NCBI GenBank assembly: GCA_010015585.1
Contig: ML975149.1
Strand: one strand, 5' to 3'
DNA: 64,000 nucleotides
Source: Eremomyces bilateralis CBS 781.70
Lineage: Eukaryota
Below, in pieces: positions 60,763 through 64,000 of this stretch. The first letter of the stretch is position 1. Each line of letters starts with the position of its first letter. Below the pieces are notes generated by a model, which ran no database searches, was not told the origin of the DNA, and was given only the letters and a program-made list of their open reading frames with translations. Position numbers and translations under genes: made by a program.

Positions 60763-60996
60763 TGACACGGTCTGGATGCGCAAGGTCTGCGATTACCAAG
60801 TTCCATTAATCTAAACTGAAGAGAGAGAGAGAGAGAGAGAAGAAATCTCCCGGCACCTTTTGTGCACGAGATAGCGATTCTCCTCTCCAATGCCCTAATG
60901 CTGTGTTACCATGTTTGTTTGCTTCTCTGATATAACCCACCAGCCACGTCTTCAGCCACAACCAAGGGAACAGGCCGCAGGCCTGGGACCATAACA
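60763..60996 (-). mobile_element. Solo LTR, family A copy 2 (234 bp) with 5-bp TSD
   Basis: Minus strand TGTTATGGTCCCAG...CCGTGTCA; perfect TSD CTAAA at 60758-60762 and 60997-61001; internal (GA)10 expansion. Confidence 0.9.
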
Positions 60997-61328
60997 CTAA
61001 AGACGCATTTTCGGGTACTCTACGGAAATCAGCTACTTAGCAACCAAGTTATTGTAATATTTAAGGTAGGCACAGTCTCGTGTGTCAGGAAGAGGTTAAA
61101 GACCGCAATTTACATATAATTATAAGAATTTCAATGTGTGGGTACTCTGAGTTAGTTTGAAGTCGAAGTACCTCGAATTCGCCCCAGCACGGTGGGTGTT
61201 CCATCACATAGGGGAGGAGGTTAGAATCTATGAGAGAATCATAGATTCTAGGACATCCTAAACCGTGCCATATCGGGATCACGGCTTCCATCGAATACCT
61301 TAAAATTCACCTTTTTCAGTTTCGCTAA

Positions 61329-62080
61329 TTGAGCACAGCGACCAAACTGGTAGACCGCCAACGAAGGCGCCCAAAAGACACCAGTTCCGCCCAACAAGTA
61401 CGCACTCTATTCGCACCGGGAGAATTCACGAAGATCCTACCGATTCCTGCCTTTACCGACGAATATAATCACCATATGAACGGGGTTGATATCGCTGATC
61501 AATTGAGGGCACGCTGGCTTATCCAGAGGCGGTCGAACAAGACGTGGAAACCTCTTTTTTATTATCTCGTTGAGATCGCGGTATGCAACGTATACAAGCT
61601 CGCAACAACACCACCAAAAGGGAGGGAAGGTGGGGCATCCACGATGGGTCACAACTAGTTTCGTATAGGCGTAATCACCGCGCTTTTTGAGCGTTCTGAG
61701 CAACCAATCTCATCTAGTCGTGCTACTCCTTCCTCTTCCTTCGCCAGACCTTCGCGCCCACAGAGCAAGCAGTCGCTCCGGTCTACCGTATGCCGCGTAA
61801 TTCCTAGATATCACGATGAGTGCCCTGAAACGCTCTGGAATAACCCACGCACCTGTATTGTGTGTATCGATGCTGATCGCCGGGCACCCTCCGGGGCACC
61901 CAGGAAGGCCCTAACAGGGCTCTCAATCAATACGATTCGTGGGTCCCCAAATGGGCGCGATGGGCGCCCAACAGGGCCCCCCCGGACCCGGTATGGATGC
62001 CGGCGCTGCGAGATCCCCCTCTGCAAAAGTTGGCTATGTTTGTTGGTCGGAACATCTGGACGAGGCACCGCGCTCGTACT
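61329..62080 (+). mobile_element. piggyBac-like transposase 3' fragment (pseudogene)
   Basis: R.RRRP..LPIP.F.DEYNHHMNGVDIADQLR..R..KTWKPLFYYLVEIAVCNVY; stop at 61656-61658; C-terminal Cys cluster CIVC..RTRYGCRRCEIPLC. Confidence 0.85.
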
Positions 62081-62135
62081 GAGCCCTTTTTTTTTAATAG
62101 AGAAAATGTGCTTGCAATATCTATTGAACTCTGTA

Positions 62136-62504
62136 TGTCATAGGCCTAAACCACCAAGGATTTAGTAAGCTGGTAACGCTGTTGAATTGCTAAAGAGAAA
62201 AGGAAAAGATCTCTCTCACTGCGATCTGCTATTTACCTCTGTGAGCAAAAGGTCTACCTATCTCCAAGGGGGGGCGCTTACTCATCTCGCGGATCAATAA
62301 CTGGCAACTTCCAACCAAAATTTCCAACTTTACTACATATAATTTAATAAGATTTTCATAGGTTTATAAGAGCCCAAAGGTACAGAATTTTGGTGGAGGG
62401 CCGCTCATCTGCCCCCGCGCGATGAGTAAGCGCCCCCCCTTGCTCTTCTGCCTTAGGCCGCAAGGCCACAACACACAGACTGGGCGAAGCCCAAGGCTGT
62501 CACA
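62136..62504. mobile_element. Solo LTR (about 190 bp net) with 5-bp TSD, interrupted by a MITE
   Basis: TGTCATAGG...GCTGTCACA; perfect TSD CTGTA at 62131-62135 and 62505-62509. Confidence 0.8.
62265..62442. mobile_element. MITE, 178 bp, 28-bp TIRs
   Basis: caagggggggcgcttactcatctcgcgg versus the reverse complement of ccgcgcgatgagtaagcgcccccccttg (1 mismatch); flanking CTC/CTC. Confidence 0.85.
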
Positions 62505-64000
62505 CTGTATCTGTATTATACAATTTGATATTCCTATATCCCTATCATTTATGGTGTATTTCTGGGCGAATCTAGTTGTTCTGCTCGATCACGGAGTTTT
62601 GATGAGGTTCGGGGGAGATTACGCTAACTAAATGGGTTTAGGTTGTGCACTTCAGCGACGACGACAAAGGGGATATTACTGTTACGCCAAGTCTGTGGGT
62701 CTCTATGCCTCACAGGAAGGGTTTCTCAAACATTGCTTCCTGTGCAACGTGCACCTTTTGAGTATATTTTGCGAGAGCCCTCTTTCGAGATGAAATATGT
62801 ACTTGTAGATAAGACATTGTTGTCGACTGTCGAGGTACGGGGTATATGACTTTCTATGGAACTTCTTCACAGAGATACTCCAAGATGAAGGACTGTATCC
62901 TAGGGGGGAGCCACTTTTCAACTGTGGCGTTAATAAGGCGGGCAGAGGGTAGTTTGCTTATTCAATGCCATCGAAGAGTCCCTCAGATGCATCTCTCCTT
63001 CTCTAATAATCATGCTGCACCATATTGCTTGACCGTCACTCCATCTCCTCTCCACAGCAAGTGAACTTGACGCGTCTCTCCAAAAGACATGTCGAGATCC
63101 TCGAATTCGGACCGGATACCCGCCCATCTCGACTCAAACGAAGTTTGAATCGAGCTTGCCACGGCGCTCGAGATGGGTGGTAGGGCGGTGGCGCATGAGT
63201 CCTTGGACTACCGTTGAATGCTTCGACAACAGTACATATTTATTGCCTTTCGACGCTCAACCGTGCAGATATGATAGGAATCGGCGCAGTCGACGCCTTC
63301 ATTGAGCGGAATACCGAGTCCATTGCGCCTTCAAGACGCTGCTTTCAGTGCGGATAGCAGCGGAGCGCCCCATTCGGCACAGGCGACATGCCGATAGGGA
63401 CTGTGGAGAATCGATCCGGAGCATCCCTCCCACATCGTGGATGATGGATTCGGTGATTGCGTGGTCTTACGAAAAGTTAGACCAAGCTTCCGGGACTGCA
63501 TTTGAGAACTATATCTCGCGCACAAACACGATCGCAGAATCTAGAACAATAGACAACCACGCTAGGAACCACGTGCAGCATATTTTCCGATCTCCTCTAG
63601 GAAGTAAGAACGCAGCCGTGATCGCTACGATGGAAGAACTGCAGAGTTTCTTCTCGACGCAAAGCTCAGTTCGCCTACCCAGGAGGTATAATTCCCCAGC
63701 CAGGACCGCGCAGATACTTTCAATAGTCGCGATGGTGGGAACCGTCGGATGATATCCGATAACCCGATCCCATGGTTTTGAGACTTGAGCGTGAATTGAC
63801 AGACGATGCTGGTGCCTAGTTTAGGAATGCATCAGTGCTTCCCTTTGGTGCAATGAGGAATCCGACTCTTGAAACCCCACACTATTTTCAGTTGCGCTAA
63901 GAGTACTCCGCAAATTCCGAATGGTTGTTAGCCTTCAAGAATGTCATGCCTCGGTTGAGGCTCATTTATTAATATGGCACGGAAAGGCCAGAACAAGAGA

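Noticed and set aside
57226..60996. A single TIR (Pack-type) transposon carrying the NLR
   Set aside because: Each repeat has TG...CA ends and the right one has its own 5-bp TSD; there is no shared outer TSD
62640..64000. Short ORFs including 63348-63752
   Set aside because: No motifs or convincing gene structure
1..64000. Starship captain, secondary-metabolite backbone gene, tRNA, rRNA or CRISPR array
   Set aside because: No DUF3435 recombinase, PKS/NRPS or recognisable RNA gene seen by eye; tRNAscan-SE and Infernal were not run

Overview
This is eukaryotic DNA from a filamentous ascomycete (Pezizomycotina), judged by short GT-AG introns with CTAAC/CTGAC branch points and by fungal gene families; the species cannot be determined here. 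The window holds about 22 apparently intact genes. They include CAZymes (GH114, GH79), a BBE-like FAD oxidoreductase, sphingosine kinase, several secreted or GPI-anchored proteins, an MpaB'/Lcp-like oxygenase, a DUF3712 protein, cytochrome b5, a LIM protein, a class-1A DHODH-like enzyme (probably dihydrouracil oxidase), PUF6, a CFEM protein and an epoxide hydrolase. There are two accessory, innate-immunity-like regions. (i) About 11.5-18.5 kb is a pseudogene graveyard containing a HET-NB-ARC-TPR NLR disrupted partly by apparent transposon excision footprints. (ii) About 49-62.5 kb contains a PAP2 pseudo-phosphatase, an MLKL-like HeLo-pseudokinase, an ankyrin NLR remnant, and an apparently intact HET-NB-ARC-TPR NLR bracketed by two inverted solo LTRs of one family, followed by a piggyBac fragment and a MITE nested in a further solo LTR. 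I recognised no tRNA, rRNA or CRISPR. All calls were made by eye from motifs; no database searches were run.
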